From Candidatus Enterousia sp. (GTDB lineage Bacteria; Pseudomonadota; Alphaproteobacteria; Rs-D84): a DNA stretch of 64,000 nt. The position numbers and the translations under genes are program-made. This document shows, one piece after another, positions 53,449-64,000 of this stretch; the stretch's first letter is position 1; the number at the start of each line of letters is the position of its first letter. The notes under the pieces were generated by a model. The model saw nothing but the letters and a program-made list of their open reading frames with translations, made no database searches and was not told where the DNA came from. The DNA lies in assembly GCA_045592905.1 (NCBI GenBank), contig JAZNVR010000015.1, positions 799 to 64,798 on the forward strand, given 5' to 3'.

Positions 53449-54217
53449 CCCCCTTTTCTATCCTTTGAACAACTTCTGTTGCAACACGCAAATACGCCTG
53501 GGCCCCAGACGAATTAAAATCATAAAACAACGCAGGTTTTCCATGACTTGGTGCTTCTGAAACACGAACGTTACGTGGAACAACCGTTTTGAAAACCTTG
53601 TCACCAAAAACATTTCGCACATCATCGTCAACCGCACGTGTAACATTATATCTGCGTTCATACATAGTCAATAAAACGCCCAATATATCCAATTCTGGAT
53701 TCCACTTTTCTTTAACAACAGATATTGTATCTGTCAATTGCTGCACCCCTTCCAGGGCAAAAAATTCACACTGTAACGGTATCACAACACAATCTGCAGC
53801 CGCCAACGCATTTATTGTTAAATAACCCAATGCAGGTGGACAATCCAACAAAATATAATCATAAAAATCATCAACCTGTAACAACGCATCACGCAGACGA
53901 TATTCACGATTTTCCATATCCAATAAATCAATATCCGCACCTGCCAGTGCCTGCGAAGACGGTAACAAATGCATATTTGGAACAGCTGTAGTTAAAATAT
54001 TATCTGTAATATTAGCACTGCCCATAATAACACCGTATGCACTTTGATGATGCGACGCACGAACAAAACCCAGTCCAGTACCAGCATTTCCCTGTGGATC
54101 TAAATCTACCAACAAAACACGTCTTTTTATTGTCGCCAAAGATGCACCAATATTAATAGCAGTCGTCGTCTTGCCAACACCACCTTTCTGATTCGCAAAT
54201 GCAATAACTGTCGCCAT
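53432..54217 (-). CDS. parA: Chromosome partitioning ATPase ParA/Soj
   Basis: Deviant Walker A NQKGGVGKTTTAIN, plus VLLVDLDPQGN and ILLDCPP. Confidence 0.92.
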   Translation of the reverse strand: MATVIAFANQKGGVGKTTTAINIGASLATIKRRVLLVDLDPQGNAGTGLGFVRASHHQSAYGVIMGSANITDNILTTAVPNMHLLPSSQALAGADIDLLDMENREYRLRDALLQVDDFYDYILLDCPPALGYLTINALAAADCVVIPLQCEFFALEGVQQLTDTISVVKEKWNPELDILGVLLTMYERRYNVTRAVDDDVRNVFGDKVFKTVVPRNVRVSEAPSHGKPALFYDFNSSGAQAYLRVATEVVQRIEKGDEYGK

Positions 54218-54310
54218 ATTCCTTTCCTATTACTAATATAATAAAGATATAAAATCGCCACGATTCGGTCAAGAAATAAAAAAAAACACTAAAAACAAAT
54301 AAATATTACA

Positions 54311-54326
54311 CATTTCACACGAAACA
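54311..54326. promoter_or_regulatory. Degenerate parS-like site upstream of parA
   Basis: CATTTCACACGAAACA matches the consensus TGTTTCACGTGAAACA at 12 of 16 positions. It lies in the 212-nt rsmG-parA gap. Confidence 0.3.
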
Positions 54327-54429
54327 AAATTTAATACAAAACAAAGAAAATGTATATTTACCGGCTTTTTCTTCAAAAAATATAAAAAATAATTTAATGT
54401 CAATACATTATCGTTATTTTCATATGAAA

Positions 54430-54990
54430 TTACCGGCTAAAACGAATAGAAATAATAAAACCATCCCCTGTTTTTGACGGCGTTAAATCATACTCAAAAC
54501 GATATTTTCTTTTTGCTTCTAAAATTTCTGTTTCTATTTCCCGGCCTTTTAGCAAAAAAAGCCGGTATTTTGTACGTGCCACATAATCCATTATTTTGAT
54601 TAACGAAGCAAACGCACGTGCAGTAAAAACAATTTTGTCATTTTTTGCCGGTAAATGCCGGACAAATTCTTCAACACGACCATGATAAATCGTTAAATTT
54701 TCTAGCCCCAACCTATCTTTAACAGCCGACAAAAACGCAACTTTTTTTCCAATTGATTCAATGCATGTAACACGCCAGCCAAGTATCGCCAAAACAACAC
54801 CAGGAAAACCAGCACCACTGCCCAAATCAACAATATCTACATCACGTGGCAACACATCTGCCAACTGGGCCGAATCGGCAATATGACGATTTTGCACATC
54901 ATTTAATGTACTGGGTGCAACAAGATTCATACGTTCAGACCACTGACGTAATAAATTTTCATATTCTTGAAATTTGACATTATTCATCAT
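54430..54990 (-). CDS. rsmG: 16S rRNA (guanine527-N7)-methyltransferase RsmG (GidB)
   Basis: The SAM motif is VDLGSGAGFPGVVLAI. It lies upstream of parAB as in the conserved gid-par cluster. Confidence 0.9.
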   Translation of the reverse strand: MMNNVKFQEYENLLRQWSERMNLVAPSTLNDVQNRHIADSAQLADVLPRDVDIVDLGSGAGFPGVVLAILGWRVTCIESIGKKVAFLSAVKDRLGLENLTIYHGRVEEFVRHLPAKNDKIVFTARAFASLIKIMDYVARTKYRLFLLKGREIETEILEAKRKYRFEYDLTPSKTGDGFIISIRFSR

Positions 54991-55011
54991 AAAGAGTATT
55001 CTATCATAGTC

Positions 55012-56631
55012 ATGAAAAATTTTGAACGTTTATTTATTACAATTAGTTTGTTTGCTGTTTTAACCGTAACAGGTGGAACGCTTTGGTATCACACACACAA
55101 TAGTGAACAAAAACAAACAACAACAGAAGTGCCTTTTAATAAATTTGCAAATTTCTTGGCAGCACAACATGCAATTTATGTTAATGATTTTGAAACAGCA
55201 ATTGAGTTAACGCAACCACTAAAAGATATACAGTATACAACTGTTCATAACACTAAAATAATGTCCGAATTTTTAAGCGGACGTATGCCGACTGATGCAA
55301 AACTGTTAAAAGAAGAAAAAACATTACCTGCACAATTCATTTATGATGCATACTTAATACAAAACAACAATTGGAAAGAATTGCACAACAGACATAAAAC
55401 TGATACCAGTGCACTTATTTCACCATTTAGAATATGGTCTGCAATTGCAAATGATTGGCGAACAAATACGTTTAAGTTTATTGACACATTACCAACAAAC
55501 GAATCGTGGCGTGAATTTATGCGTGGTCAAATTTATGCAGAAACAGGTCAATTTGATAAAGCCGCAAAACATTTTGGGTTAGTTACGCCAGAATTTATGA
55601 ATATAAATGACTATTTATATTTGATGTCATTTTATACACATCATAATATGCCTGAACAGGCGGATACATTAAAGCAAAAATTCACATCTAAACCTGCAGG
55701 GATGTTCCTGAATGATTATGATAAAATACCAGATTGGTCAACGTATTCTGGATACAAAAATGCACTGGCGTTTAGTTTATTGCAAAACGTATCACACACC
55801 CAGATATTAATGTATTCTGATCTTGCAATGCTGATGTTGCGTTTTGCACAGATAATTGCACCAGATTTTATTACTAACACTGATGCGATTGATTATTATT
55901 TAGGTCAGTTCTTTTATACAAATGTTGGTGATTACGAAAAACATTTTAATAAAATAAATACCGACAGTCCATTTTTCCCATTTGTTGCACTACGAAATGC
56001 AGAAAAAACAAACAATATGGACGAACTTGAAAAATCATTAAAACAACATCCGCTGTTTGTACCAACGATTAACAAATTGATTGGCTATCATATACAGCAT
56101 GGAAATAAAAACGATGCGTTACGTATCGTTAATAACGCAATAAAAAATAAAAATCTAGATGATGCGGGCAGGGCATTTTTTGCAAAATCACGTGCACAAA
56201 TATATTATTCATTCGGTGATTTTGACGATGCACAATCTGATATAAAATTCGCATCAGATGCACTGTCTGTAGACAAGGAGATTTTGGCATTACAAGCCAA
56301 AATATGGGCCGCACAAAACCGTGAAATTGAAAACGCTTATGACTACGCCATGACGTTGGTTGCAAAAAACCCAAGTGATATTATGTCATGGGACACATTG
56401 GGTTGTGTGGTCGCTGTACGAGAGGGTGCGGTCGCAGCACTTGAAGTACTAGAACGTGTCGGCGAGATTTCACAAACACATTCGCCATTATATTTGCACT
56501 TAGGGGACTTATATGTTGAGATTGGGGAATATGAAAACGCCCGTAAATCATATATGCGTGCAATTGATTTATCTGATGATGGATTAACGGTTGTCCCTGA
56601 AATTGAAAGAAAAATAAGGAATCTGAAATGA
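55012..56631 (+). CDS. Membrane-anchored TPR-like repeat protein (about 540 aa)
   Basis: The track start at 54967 overlaps rsmG. ATG 55012 gives MKNFERLFITISLFAVLTVTGG, which forms a TM anchor. C-terminal TPR-like helices are present (GDLYVEIGEYENARKSYMRAIDL). Confidence 0.65.
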   Translation: MKNFERLFITISLFAVLTVTGGTLWYHTHNSEQKQTTTEVPFNKFANFLAAQHAIYVNDFETAIELTQPLKDIQYTTVHNTKIMSEFLSGRMPTDAKLLKEEKTLPAQFIYDAYLIQNNNWKELHNRHKTDTSALISPFRIWSAIANDWRTNTFKFIDTLPTNESWREFMRGQIYAETGQFDKAAKHFGLVTPEFMNINDYLYLMSFYTHHNMPEQADTLKQKFTSKPAGMFLNDYDKIPDWSTYSGYKNALAFSLLQNVSHTQILMYSDLAMLMLRFAQIIAPDFITNTDAIDYYLGQFFYTNVGDYEKHFNKINTDSPFFPFVALRNAEKTNNMDELEKSLKQHPLFVPTINKLIGYHIQHGNKNDALRIVNNAIKNKNLDDAGRAFFAKSRAQIYYSFGDFDDAQSDIKFASDALSVDKEILALQAKIWAAQNREIENAYDYAMTLVAKNPSDIMSWDTLGCVVAVREGAVAALEVLERVGEISQTHSPLYLHLGDLYVEIGEYENARKSYMRAIDLSDDGLTVVPEIERKIRNLK

Positions 56632-57491
56632 AAGTAGGTGTAATCGGGGCAGGTGCATGGGGCACTGCACTGGCAATCACTACATCACATGGTGGTGCTG
56701 AAACAATTTTATGGTCGTACGATGGCCAATATAAAGAATTTGAAAACGTTGAAATTCCGCAAAATTTACACGTTACAAAAGAATTTACAGATATACAAAA
56801 AACAGACGCATGGTTGATAGTAACACCATCTGCATTTTTTCGTGAAACATTGAAAAAAGCACGTGAATACTATACAGGTCAACCTGTCATAATTTGCACC
56901 AAGGGGGCCGAATATACCACAGGACAATTTATGTCAGAAGTTTTGCATAATGAATTACCAGAATGTACAGATTTTGGCGTGTTGTCCGGACCACAATTTG
57001 CAGCAGAAGTGGCACAAGGTGTACCAACCGGTTCAACATTGGCAGGAACACAAAATGCGATTAAAATCGGTCAACAAATATTAAATAAATTATATTTAGA
57101 AATTTCAAATGATGTAATCGGTACAGAAATTTGCGGGGTCGGAAAAAATGCAGCAGCATTAATTAGTGGCTATAATTCTGTTATGACACGTGGTGAAAAC
57201 GAACGTGCATTACTGTTTACATGTGTGTGGAATGACATTGTAAAGATTGGTGTTGCATCTGGAGCAAAGTGTATAACATTCTTGGGTTTATGTGGTTTGG
57301 GTGATTTATTTTTGTCTGCAACAAGTCCAACCAGCAGAAATTATTCTGGGGGCATTGCAATTGCAAACGGACAAACACCAGAAGGTACAGTAGAAGGTAT
57401 ACACGCTTTACGTGGCTTGATTGAACGTGCAAAAAAGCTGAACATTGATGTTCCTGTATTAATAGAAATGAAAGAAAAATTGAAAATATAA
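56628..57491 (+). CDS. gpsA: NAD(P)H-dependent glycerol-3-phosphate dehydrogenase
   Basis: Rossmann motif MKVGVIGAGAWGTALA, plus GLCGLGDLFLSATSPTSRNY. Confidence 0.9.
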   Translation: MKVGVIGAGAWGTALAITTSHGGAETILWSYDGQYKEFENVEIPQNLHVTKEFTDIQKTDAWLIVTPSAFFRETLKKAREYYTGQPVIICTKGAEYTTGQFMSEVLHNELPECTDFGVLSGPQFAAEVAQGVPTGSTLAGTQNAIKIGQQILNKLYLEISNDVIGTEICGVGKNAAALISGYNSVMTRGENERALLFTCVWNDIVKIGVASGAKCITFLGLCGLGDLFLSATSPTSRNYSGGIAIANGQTPEGTVEGIHALRGLIERAKKLNIDVPVLIEMKEKLKI

Positions 57492-57499
57492 ACAGTATT

Positions 57500-57525
57500 A
57501 AAAAAGCCGGTAAATACCGGCTTTT

Positions 57526-57528
<3 letters not shown>
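57500..57528. terminator. Bidirectional terminator between gpsA (+) and mreB (-)
   Basis: AGCCGGT-AAAT-ACCGGCT is flanked by an A-run and a T-run. Confidence 0.8.
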
Positions 57529-58650
<1,122 letters not shown>

Positions 58651-58690
58651 TTATTTGATTTACAACATATTGTGTTATTATATAAGGAAC

Positions 58691-59035
58691 ATGAAACGAA
58701 ATACTATAAAAAATCATTCTGATTTTATTGCAGGCGAATCTGACCCTGTTGCACGTTGTGCATATTTTTTAGTACGTACAAAACCTGCAAAATATACAGA
58801 TGATGCACGATATGGATTGGTCGTTACAAAAAAGACTTTCAAACATGCTGTTGACAGAAATCGTGCAAAACGCATGATACGTGATTGGATTGCTTATAAC
58901 GAAAACATAATGTGTAATGACCTGGATTATATCTTTATTATTCGCCACGATATATTGGATGCAACACGTGAATCCGGTCGTACAGCAATGAAAAAAGCAT
59001 TGCATTACCTAAAAAAACAGCAATCAAATGCTTAA
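58691..59035 (+). CDS. rnpA: Ribonuclease P protein component
   Basis: The basic RNR-type motif is AVDRNRAKRMIRDW. It lies directly upstream of and overlaps yidD, as is conserved. SD AAGGAA precedes ATG 58691. Confidence 0.8.
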   Translation: MKRNTIKNHSDFIAGESDPVARCAYFLVRTKPAKYTDDARYGLVVTKKTFKHAVDRNRAKRMIRDWIAYNENIMCNDLDYIFIIRHDILDATRESGRTAMKKALHYLKKQQSNA

Positions 59036-59246
59036 AAAACTTGCTATTTTTTTGATATACATATATCAATCTGCAATATCTCCTTTTGTCGGAGGCAAGG
59101 CAGCATGCAGATTTACCCCCACGTGCAGCGAATACACAAAACAAGCGATTGATAAATATGGAATATTTCGTGGTGTATACATGGGAATAAAACGCATATC
59201 ACGTTGCAGACCTGGGGGCGGGTTTGGATACGACCCTGTTCCTTGA
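59028..59246 (+). CDS. yidD: Membrane protein insertion efficiency factor YidD
   Basis: YQSAISPFVGGKAACRFTPTCSEYTKQAIDKYG...RISRCRPGGGFGYDPVP is the typical YidD sequence. Confidence 0.9.
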   Translation: MLKKLAIFLIYIYQSAISPFVGGKAACRFTPTCSEYTKQAIDKYGIFRGVYMGIKRISRCRPGGGFGYDPVP

Positions 59247-59270
59247 CAATGGCTGTTATTGTGGTAAAAT
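59243..59270 (+). promoter_or_regulatory. Near-consensus sigma-70 promoter with extended -10 for accBC
   Basis: TTGACA (59243-59248), a 16-nt spacer ending in TGg, then TAAAAT (59265-59270). SD AAAGGG precedes ATG 59316. Confidence 0.55.
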
Positions 59271-59315
59271 CTAACAATAATTAAGACAGAAAAATTAAAA
59301 CAAAAGGGTTAAAAG

Positions 59316-59750
59316 ATGTCTTTTCGTGCAACCGTTGAATCTATGTCTAAAATCATGGACGATATGGGGATTACAGAGTTGGATTTAGAACGTCAGTTCT
59401 TGTTTGGTGTGTACCGTAAACATATCCATTTATCAAAACAACAAGTTGCAACAACTGTTGCGGTCGCATCATCCGATACAAAATCAGAAAAAGCAATTCA
59501 AACAAACACCATAAACGGTCATGTATTAAAATCACCAATGGTCGGTGTTGTATACTTGGCACCAGAACCAGGTGCAGATACATTTGTGTCTGTCGGCAGT
59601 GCTGTAAAAACAGGTGATACCGTCGCATTGGTAGAGGCAATGAAAACATTTAATCCAATTAAATCTGACAAAGACGGAATTATAAAAGAAATATTAGTAA
59701 CAGATGGGGCAGCGGTTGAGTTTGATCAACCTTTAATCGTTGTTGAATAA
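59316..59750 (+). CDS. accB: Biotin carboxyl carrier protein of acetyl-CoA carboxylase
   Basis: The C-terminal biotinyl domain carries the VEAMKTFN (EAMK) motif. Confidence 0.92.
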   Translation: MSFRATVESMSKIMDDMGITELDLERQFLFGVYRKHIHLSKQQVATTVAVASSDTKSEKAIQTNTINGHVLKSPMVGVVYLAPEPGADTFVSVGSAVKTGDTVALVEAMKTFNPIKSDKDGIIKEILVTDGAAVEFDQPLIVVE

Positions 59751-59755
59751 ATATC

Positions 59756-61102
59756 ATGTCACAAATAAAGAAAGTATTAATCGCAAATCGTGGTGAAATC
59801 GCATTACGTATCATTCGTGCATGTCGTGATATGGGTATTCGTACAGTTGCAGTATATTCAACCGTTGACAAAGACGCAATGCATGTACAACTGGCAGACG
59901 AATCCGTTTGTATTGGACCTGGGCCTGCACGTGATTCTTATTTAAACGAATCGGCAATTTTAACTGCTGCATTATTAACAAATTCGGATGCAATTCATCC
60001 TGGATATGGTTTTTTATCTGAACGTGCAGACTTTGCACACAAGGTTGAACAGCATGGCATGATTTGGATTGGCCCAAAACCAGAAATGATTTCTAAAATG
60101 GGGGACAAGGTCAACGCAAAAAAGACTGCGATTGAATGCGGTTTGCCTGTGGTTCCCGGGTCTGATGGCGAATTAAAATCGCTTGAAGACGCATTAGATA
60201 CGGCTGAAAAAATCGGTTATCCTGTTATGCTAAAGGCATCTGCGGGTGGCGGTGGACGTGGTATGCGACCTGTAATGTCTGCAAACGATATGGCAGAGGC
60301 ATATCAACTGACTAAAAACGAGGCAAAATCTGCATTTGGTGATGATACGCTGTATATGGAAAAACTATTACTGCATCCCAGACATATTGAATTCCAGGTT
60401 TTAGGTGATACACATGGAAACGTTGTAATATTTGGTGAACGTGACTGTTCATTACAAAGAAGAAATCAAAAGATTATGGAAGAATGCCCGGCGGCCGCAT
60501 TATCACAAAAGCAACGTGATGATATGATTGAAATTTGTAAAAGTGCGGCTAAAAAAATGGGCTATACAAATGCAGGCACATTTGAATTCATGTACGAAGA
60601 TGGTAAATTTTACTTTTTGGAAATGAATACACGACTGCAGGTTGAACACCCTGTTACAGAAATGGTTTATGGTGTTGATTTGGTTCGTGAACAAATCCGT
60701 ATCGCTGCTGGTGAAAAACTGGGGTACACGCAATCAAATGTCATACCAAATGGACATGCAATTGAATTTCGCATAAACGCAGAAGATCCTGATACATTTG
60801 TTCCAAATCCAGGTAAAGTAACGTTGTATGCACCATCCGGTGGTTTGGGCGTGCGTGTTGACAGTGCTGTTTATACAGGATATACAATACCATCAACATA
60901 CGATTCTATGATTGCAAAATTGATTGTTCATGCACAAAACAGACCTGCGTGTATTATGCGTGCGTCACGTGCATTGGACGAATTTGTAATTGAAGGTGTT
61001 AAAACGACTATTCCTTTGCAGAAAAAGTTATTAGCAAACAAAGATGTAAAACAATTAAATTTTGATAACCATTGGTTGGAAAACTTCTTGAAAAAAAATT
61101 AA
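59756..61102 (+). CDS. accC: Acetyl-CoA carboxylase biotin carboxylase subunit
   Basis: KVLIANRGEIALRIIRAC, the ATP-grasp motif GGGGRGMR, and FLEMNTRLQVEHPVTE. Confidence 0.96.
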   Translation: MSQIKKVLIANRGEIALRIIRACRDMGIRTVAVYSTVDKDAMHVQLADESVCIGPGPARDSYLNESAILTAALLTNSDAIHPGYGFLSERADFAHKVEQHGMIWIGPKPEMISKMGDKVNAKKTAIECGLPVVPGSDGELKSLEDALDTAEKIGYPVMLKASAGGGGRGMRPVMSANDMAEAYQLTKNEAKSAFGDDTLYMEKLLLHPRHIEFQVLGDTHGNVVIFGERDCSLQRRNQKIMEECPAAALSQKQRDDMIEICKSAAKKMGYTNAGTFEFMYEDGKFYFLEMNTRLQVEHPVTEMVYGVDLVREQIRIAAGEKLGYTQSNVIPNGHAIEFRINAEDPDTFVPNPGKVTLYAPSGGLGVRVDSAVYTGYTIPSTYDSMIAKLIVHAQNRPACIMRASRALDEFVIEGVKTTIPLQKKLLANKDVKQLNFDNHWLENFLKKN

Positions 61103-61130
61103 AAAAGGCCGGTAAAAACCGGCTTTTTTA
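61101..61130. terminator. Bidirectional terminator between accC (+) and the Yip1-like gene (-)
   Basis: GCCGGT-AAAA-ACCGGC is flanked by an A-run and a T-run. Confidence 0.8.
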
Positions 61131-61724
61131 TATCAAACAAGATAATGTCGCACCGGCATTTTTTAACATAAACCACCCAATTCTATAATTGGTTGCATAC
61201 ACAGTAAACATAAACAAAGCCAATATCGCAATAACTAACAAAACACTGCCACGTTTTCCACGCATACAATATAACGATATATTATAAAACAAGAACAATA
61301 TATAAATATCAACCAACAAACTGATTACCCATATAGATACACAATTAAATGCCAATGCGTTTAATACCAGTATCGCAGGATAAATAAAAAATACAGATGC
61401 TAAACCTTTGATAGCGATTTCCCAATCACGTTCACCGCCTGTTATTTCAGATACCAACATCAATAACCCGCCCATAACAAATAACAATGCAACTGCCAGC
61501 ACAGGAACAATTATAACCGCTGTAAAAATGGAACCCAATGTTATTGTTGCACCGCCAAGCAATCTAATTAACAAAACCAAACAGCCGCCCAATAAGCCGT
61601 ACAGGAAAGCCTTTAACATAGATTCTTCTAGATTTCCATCTGCCACAATCTTTGTAAAATAACGTTTTGGATTAACAATTACAGATTTAATATGATTCAA
61701 AGCGTTTTTCAATTTTTTCTTCAT
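61128..61724 (-). CDS. Yip1-like polytopic membrane protein
   Basis: The soluble N-terminus (NPKRYFTKI) is followed by 4-5 TM segments. The family assignment rests on architecture only. Confidence 0.45.
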   Translation of the reverse strand: MKKKLKNALNHIKSVIVNPKRYFTKIVADGNLEESMLKAFLYGLLGGCLVLLIRLLGGATITLGSIFTAVIIVPVLAVALLFVMGGLLMLVSEITGGERDWEIAIKGLASVFFIYPAILVLNALAFNCVSIWVISLLVDIYILFLFYNISLYCMRGKRGSVLLVIAILALFMFTVYATNYRIGWFMLKNAGATLSCLI

Positions 61725-61779
61725 ATATTATACCCCCATTTGATTATTTATATTTTTGCTTTATAATTACAAAAAATCA

Positions 61780-63132
61780 ATGGAAAAAACAATGATAAAG
61801 ATAACTATTGCAGGACGACCAAACACAGGGAAGTCCACATTATTTAATGCACTGACAGGAACACGTGATGCATTGGTACATGACAGACCAGGTGTTACAC
61901 GTGATACAATTTCTGGCAATTTTCGCAATCGTCCATATACGCTGTATGACACAGCAGGACTGGAAAACGCCCGTTCTGGTATTGCACTAGATTCAACCAA
62001 CATGGCATTTAATGCAATTGAAAAATCAGACGCAATCTTGTTTGTTGTTGATGGACGTGTTGGTCTGACAAATGAAGATTTAGACTGGGCAAAAATTGTA
62101 CGCAGAAAAACACGTGCACCAGTATTATTATTGATAAACAAAAGCGAATCGGAAAAAAGACTGTCTAATATCCATGATTTTTATAAACTTGGTTTTGGCG
62201 AACCTGTTTTAATTTCCGCAGAACATAAACGTGGTTTTGATGAAATATATGAATTCTTAGACAAAATCGCAGGTAACAACACACCAGAAAACACACAAAG
62301 CGTACCTGTGCATAATGATAACAGAATAAAAATCGCAATACTTGGCCAACCAAATGTTGGAAAATCAACATTTGTAAATCGTGTACTGGGGGAACAACGA
62401 CAAATTGTCATGGATGCACCCGGTATTACACGTGATACAGTAAAAATTCCAACAACATTCTATGGACGTGATATTTTATTAATGGACACTGCCGGATTGC
62501 GACGCAAAGCAGGCGTTACAGATGACGTTGAAACATTATCTGCACTTAAATCGTTAGACGCAATTGATAAGGCAGATATTGTTATTGTAATGGTTGACGC
62601 AACTAAAAATATTGAAAATCAAGCACTGGGTATTGCATCACGTGTTTATAACGCAGGCAAAATATTATGTATTGCACTGAATAAATGGGACTTGGTTGAA
62701 CCAGAACTACGTGATGAAAAATTATTAAAATTAAAACATCAGTTTGCTAATTCTTTTCATCAAATAATCAAACCAATGATTTTGGCTGTTTCTGCACAAA
62801 CAGGAACAGGTATACAAAACATGTTCCGCAGAATATATGAACAATGGGATATTTCTATGGCACAGGCACCAACCAGTTTAATTAACAGAATTGTTGAAAA
62901 ACTGGTTACAGACAGACAACCGCCACTATCACGATTAAAACGCCCCATGAAAATTAAGTTTGCACGACAAACAGGACGCCATCCAATGAAAATCACTATA
63001 AACGTTGGTGGTGCTTCTGATATACCAGAGTCATACACACGTTATTTACGTCGTGGATTGGCAACCGCATTAAAATGGGAACACTTGCCAATTACTATTG
63101 AATATGAAAAATCTGAAAATCCATATGATTAA
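61780..63132 (+). CDS. der: Ribosome-associated GTPase Der (EngA)
   Basis: Two GTPase domains (GRPNTGKSTLFNAL, DTAGL and GQPNVGKSTFVNRV, DTAGLRRK, NKWD) plus a KH-like C-terminus. The start is uncertain: ATG 61780 or 61792, while the track uses TTG 61756. Confidence 0.93.
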   Translation: MEKTMIKITIAGRPNTGKSTLFNALTGTRDALVHDRPGVTRDTISGNFRNRPYTLYDTAGLENARSGIALDSTNMAFNAIEKSDAILFVVDGRVGLTNEDLDWAKIVRRKTRAPVLLLINKSESEKRLSNIHDFYKLGFGEPVLISAEHKRGFDEIYEFLDKIAGNNTPENTQSVPVHNDNRIKIAILGQPNVGKSTFVNRVLGEQRQIVMDAPGITRDTVKIPTTFYGRDILLMDTAGLRRKAGVTDDVETLSALKSLDAIDKADIVIVMVDATKNIENQALGIASRVYNAGKILCIALNKWDLVEPELRDEKLLKLKHQFANSFHQIIKPMILAVSAQTGTGIQNMFRRIYEQWDISMAQAPTSLINRIVEKLVTDRQPPLSRLKRPMKIKFARQTGRHPMKITINVGGASDIPESYTRYLRRGLATALKWEHLPITIEYEKSENPYD

Positions 63133-63159
63133 TCACCGGTGTTTACCGGTTTTTTTTTA
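63133..63159 (+). terminator. Rho-independent terminator after der
   Basis: ACCGGT-GTTT-ACCGGT is followed by TTTTTTTTT. Confidence 0.8.
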
Positions 63160-63187
63160 CAAAAAACATACCTGATGCATACAAGTA

Positions 63188-63216
63188 TTGCGACTTTACC
63201 AATAAAATGATATAAT
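63188..63216 (+). promoter_or_regulatory. Sigma-70-like promoter with TGATATAAT extended -10
   Basis: TTGCGA (63188-63193), a 17-nt spacer ending in TGa, then TATAAT (63211-63216). A 28-nt leader with SD GAGAGAGA precedes ATG 63245. Confidence 0.55.
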
Positions 63217-63244
63217 GAAATAGATACAATCCGAGAGAGAATAT

Positions 63245-63967
63245 ATGAAAAAAGCACCAGAAAATATTATTGCACTTAAAAATATAAATAAAAGTTTTCC
63301 ATTGGAACTGGGTGGCGAGCAACAGGTTTTATTTGATATAAATTTTACAATAAAATCTGGTGAATTTGTTGCAATCATGGGTCCATCAGGATCTGGAAAA
63401 TCTACGTGTATGAATATTATCGGGGCCTTAGATATACCGACATCTGGTATTTATGAATTATATGACAAAGATGTAACAGGTTTAACGCCCGATGAATTAG
63501 CAATTATAAGAAATGAATATATTGGATTTGTCTTTCAACAATTTAACCTGTTATCAAAACGCAGTGTCTTGGACAATGTTATGTTACCGTTGATGTATCG
63601 TGGTTTACCAATGGAAGAAAGAATAAATCGTGCACGTGAGATGTTAAAGCGTGTGGGATTGGAAAATTTTGAATCATATTTGCCTACACAATTATCTGGC
63701 GGAATGAAACAGCGTGTCGCAATTGCACGTGCATTAGCAGGCAGTCCAAAACTAATATTGGCAGACGAACCAACCGGTGCTTTGGATAGTAAAATGGGTA
63801 ATGAAATCCTTAAATTCTTTAAGCAATTAAACCAGGAAATGGGAATAACTATCGTAATGATTACCCATGAATTTGATATTGCAAAATATGCAAACAGACT
63901 GATACATATCCGTGATGGCAAAATTAATTATGATGGTCCAATTCCAAAAGATGACAGAAATTTATAA
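63245..63967 (+). CDS. ABC transporter ATP-binding protein (MacB/LolD-type ATPase)
   Basis: Walker A GPSGSGKST, the Q-loop FVFQQFNL, signature LSGGMKQRVAIARA and Walker B LILADEPTGALD. Confidence 0.88.
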   Translation: MKKAPENIIALKNINKSFPLELGGEQQVLFDINFTIKSGEFVAIMGPSGSGKSTCMNIIGALDIPTSGIYELYDKDVTGLTPDELAIIRNEYIGFVFQQFNLLSKRSVLDNVMLPLMYRGLPMEERINRAREMLKRVGLENFESYLPTQLSGGMKQRVAIARALAGSPKLILADEPTGALDSKMGNEILKFFKQLNQEMGITIVMITHEFDIAKYANRLIHIRDGKINYDGPIPKDDRNL

Positions 63968-64000
63968 TCAGGACATAAGGAAACAAACATGACGTTTAAT

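Noticed and set aside
54218-54429. Possible replication origin in the AT-rich rsmG-parA gap
   Set aside because: I could find no DnaA-box-like 9-mers (TTATCCACA or its complement) and no repeated AT-rich 13-mers. The gap is more simply the parAB promoter region.
63989-64000. ATG preceded by AAGGAAA, 21 nt after the ABC ATPase stop (probable start of the cognate permease gene)
   Set aside because: Only 12 nt fall inside the window, which is too little sequence to support a CDS call.

Overview
AT-rich (about one-third G+C by eye), gene-dense chromosomal segment. It looks like an alphaproteobacterium with a reduced, intracellular-type genome (Rickettsiales/Holosporales-like). That placement is an inference from gene content: DUF4167, ppdK, lptF/G-lptD-surA-rlmN, rsmG-parA-parB, five TrbL/VirB6-like paralogs and a VirD4 coupling protein. 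Most of the window is housekeeping: dnaX, rluD, rlmN, lptD, rpmE, rpsO, truB, mutS, xseB, ppdK, rpoH, pnp, ybaB, rsmE, infC, pal, parAB, rsmG, gpsA, mreB, rnpA, yidD, accBC, der, two ABC systems and one tRNA-Val(UAC). I saw no rRNA, CRISPR array, transposase or phage gene. Five regions stand out. (1) 8.1-12.9 kb holds an operon of three paralogous 400-450 aa proteins with prepilin-type N-termini, followed by a zinc-ribbon/DUF3426-like protein and a small secreted protein. A normal-sized pilin plus an OmpA-type lipoprotein are translationally coupled to dnaX at 4.8-6.0 kb, and no pilus or T2SS assembly gene is in the window. (2) 19.0-25.5 kb holds five TrbL/VirB6-like polytopic membrane paralogs arranged 4+1 divergently, with no virB3/virB4 nearby; an orphan VirD4 sits at 48.3 kb. 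(3) 3.85-4.04 kb is an attenuator-like structured leader in front of two Cys-rich secreted proteins. (4) A TGNTATAAT extended -10 box recurs, and several copies sit 4-9 nt from start codons, suggesting leaderless mRNAs. (5) Several orphan ORFs are embedded in conserved operons, and the SuhB/IMPase homolog has lost its catalytic motifs. Coordinates of known genes follow the ORF track, except where an internal start fits homologs or an SD better; those cases are noted.
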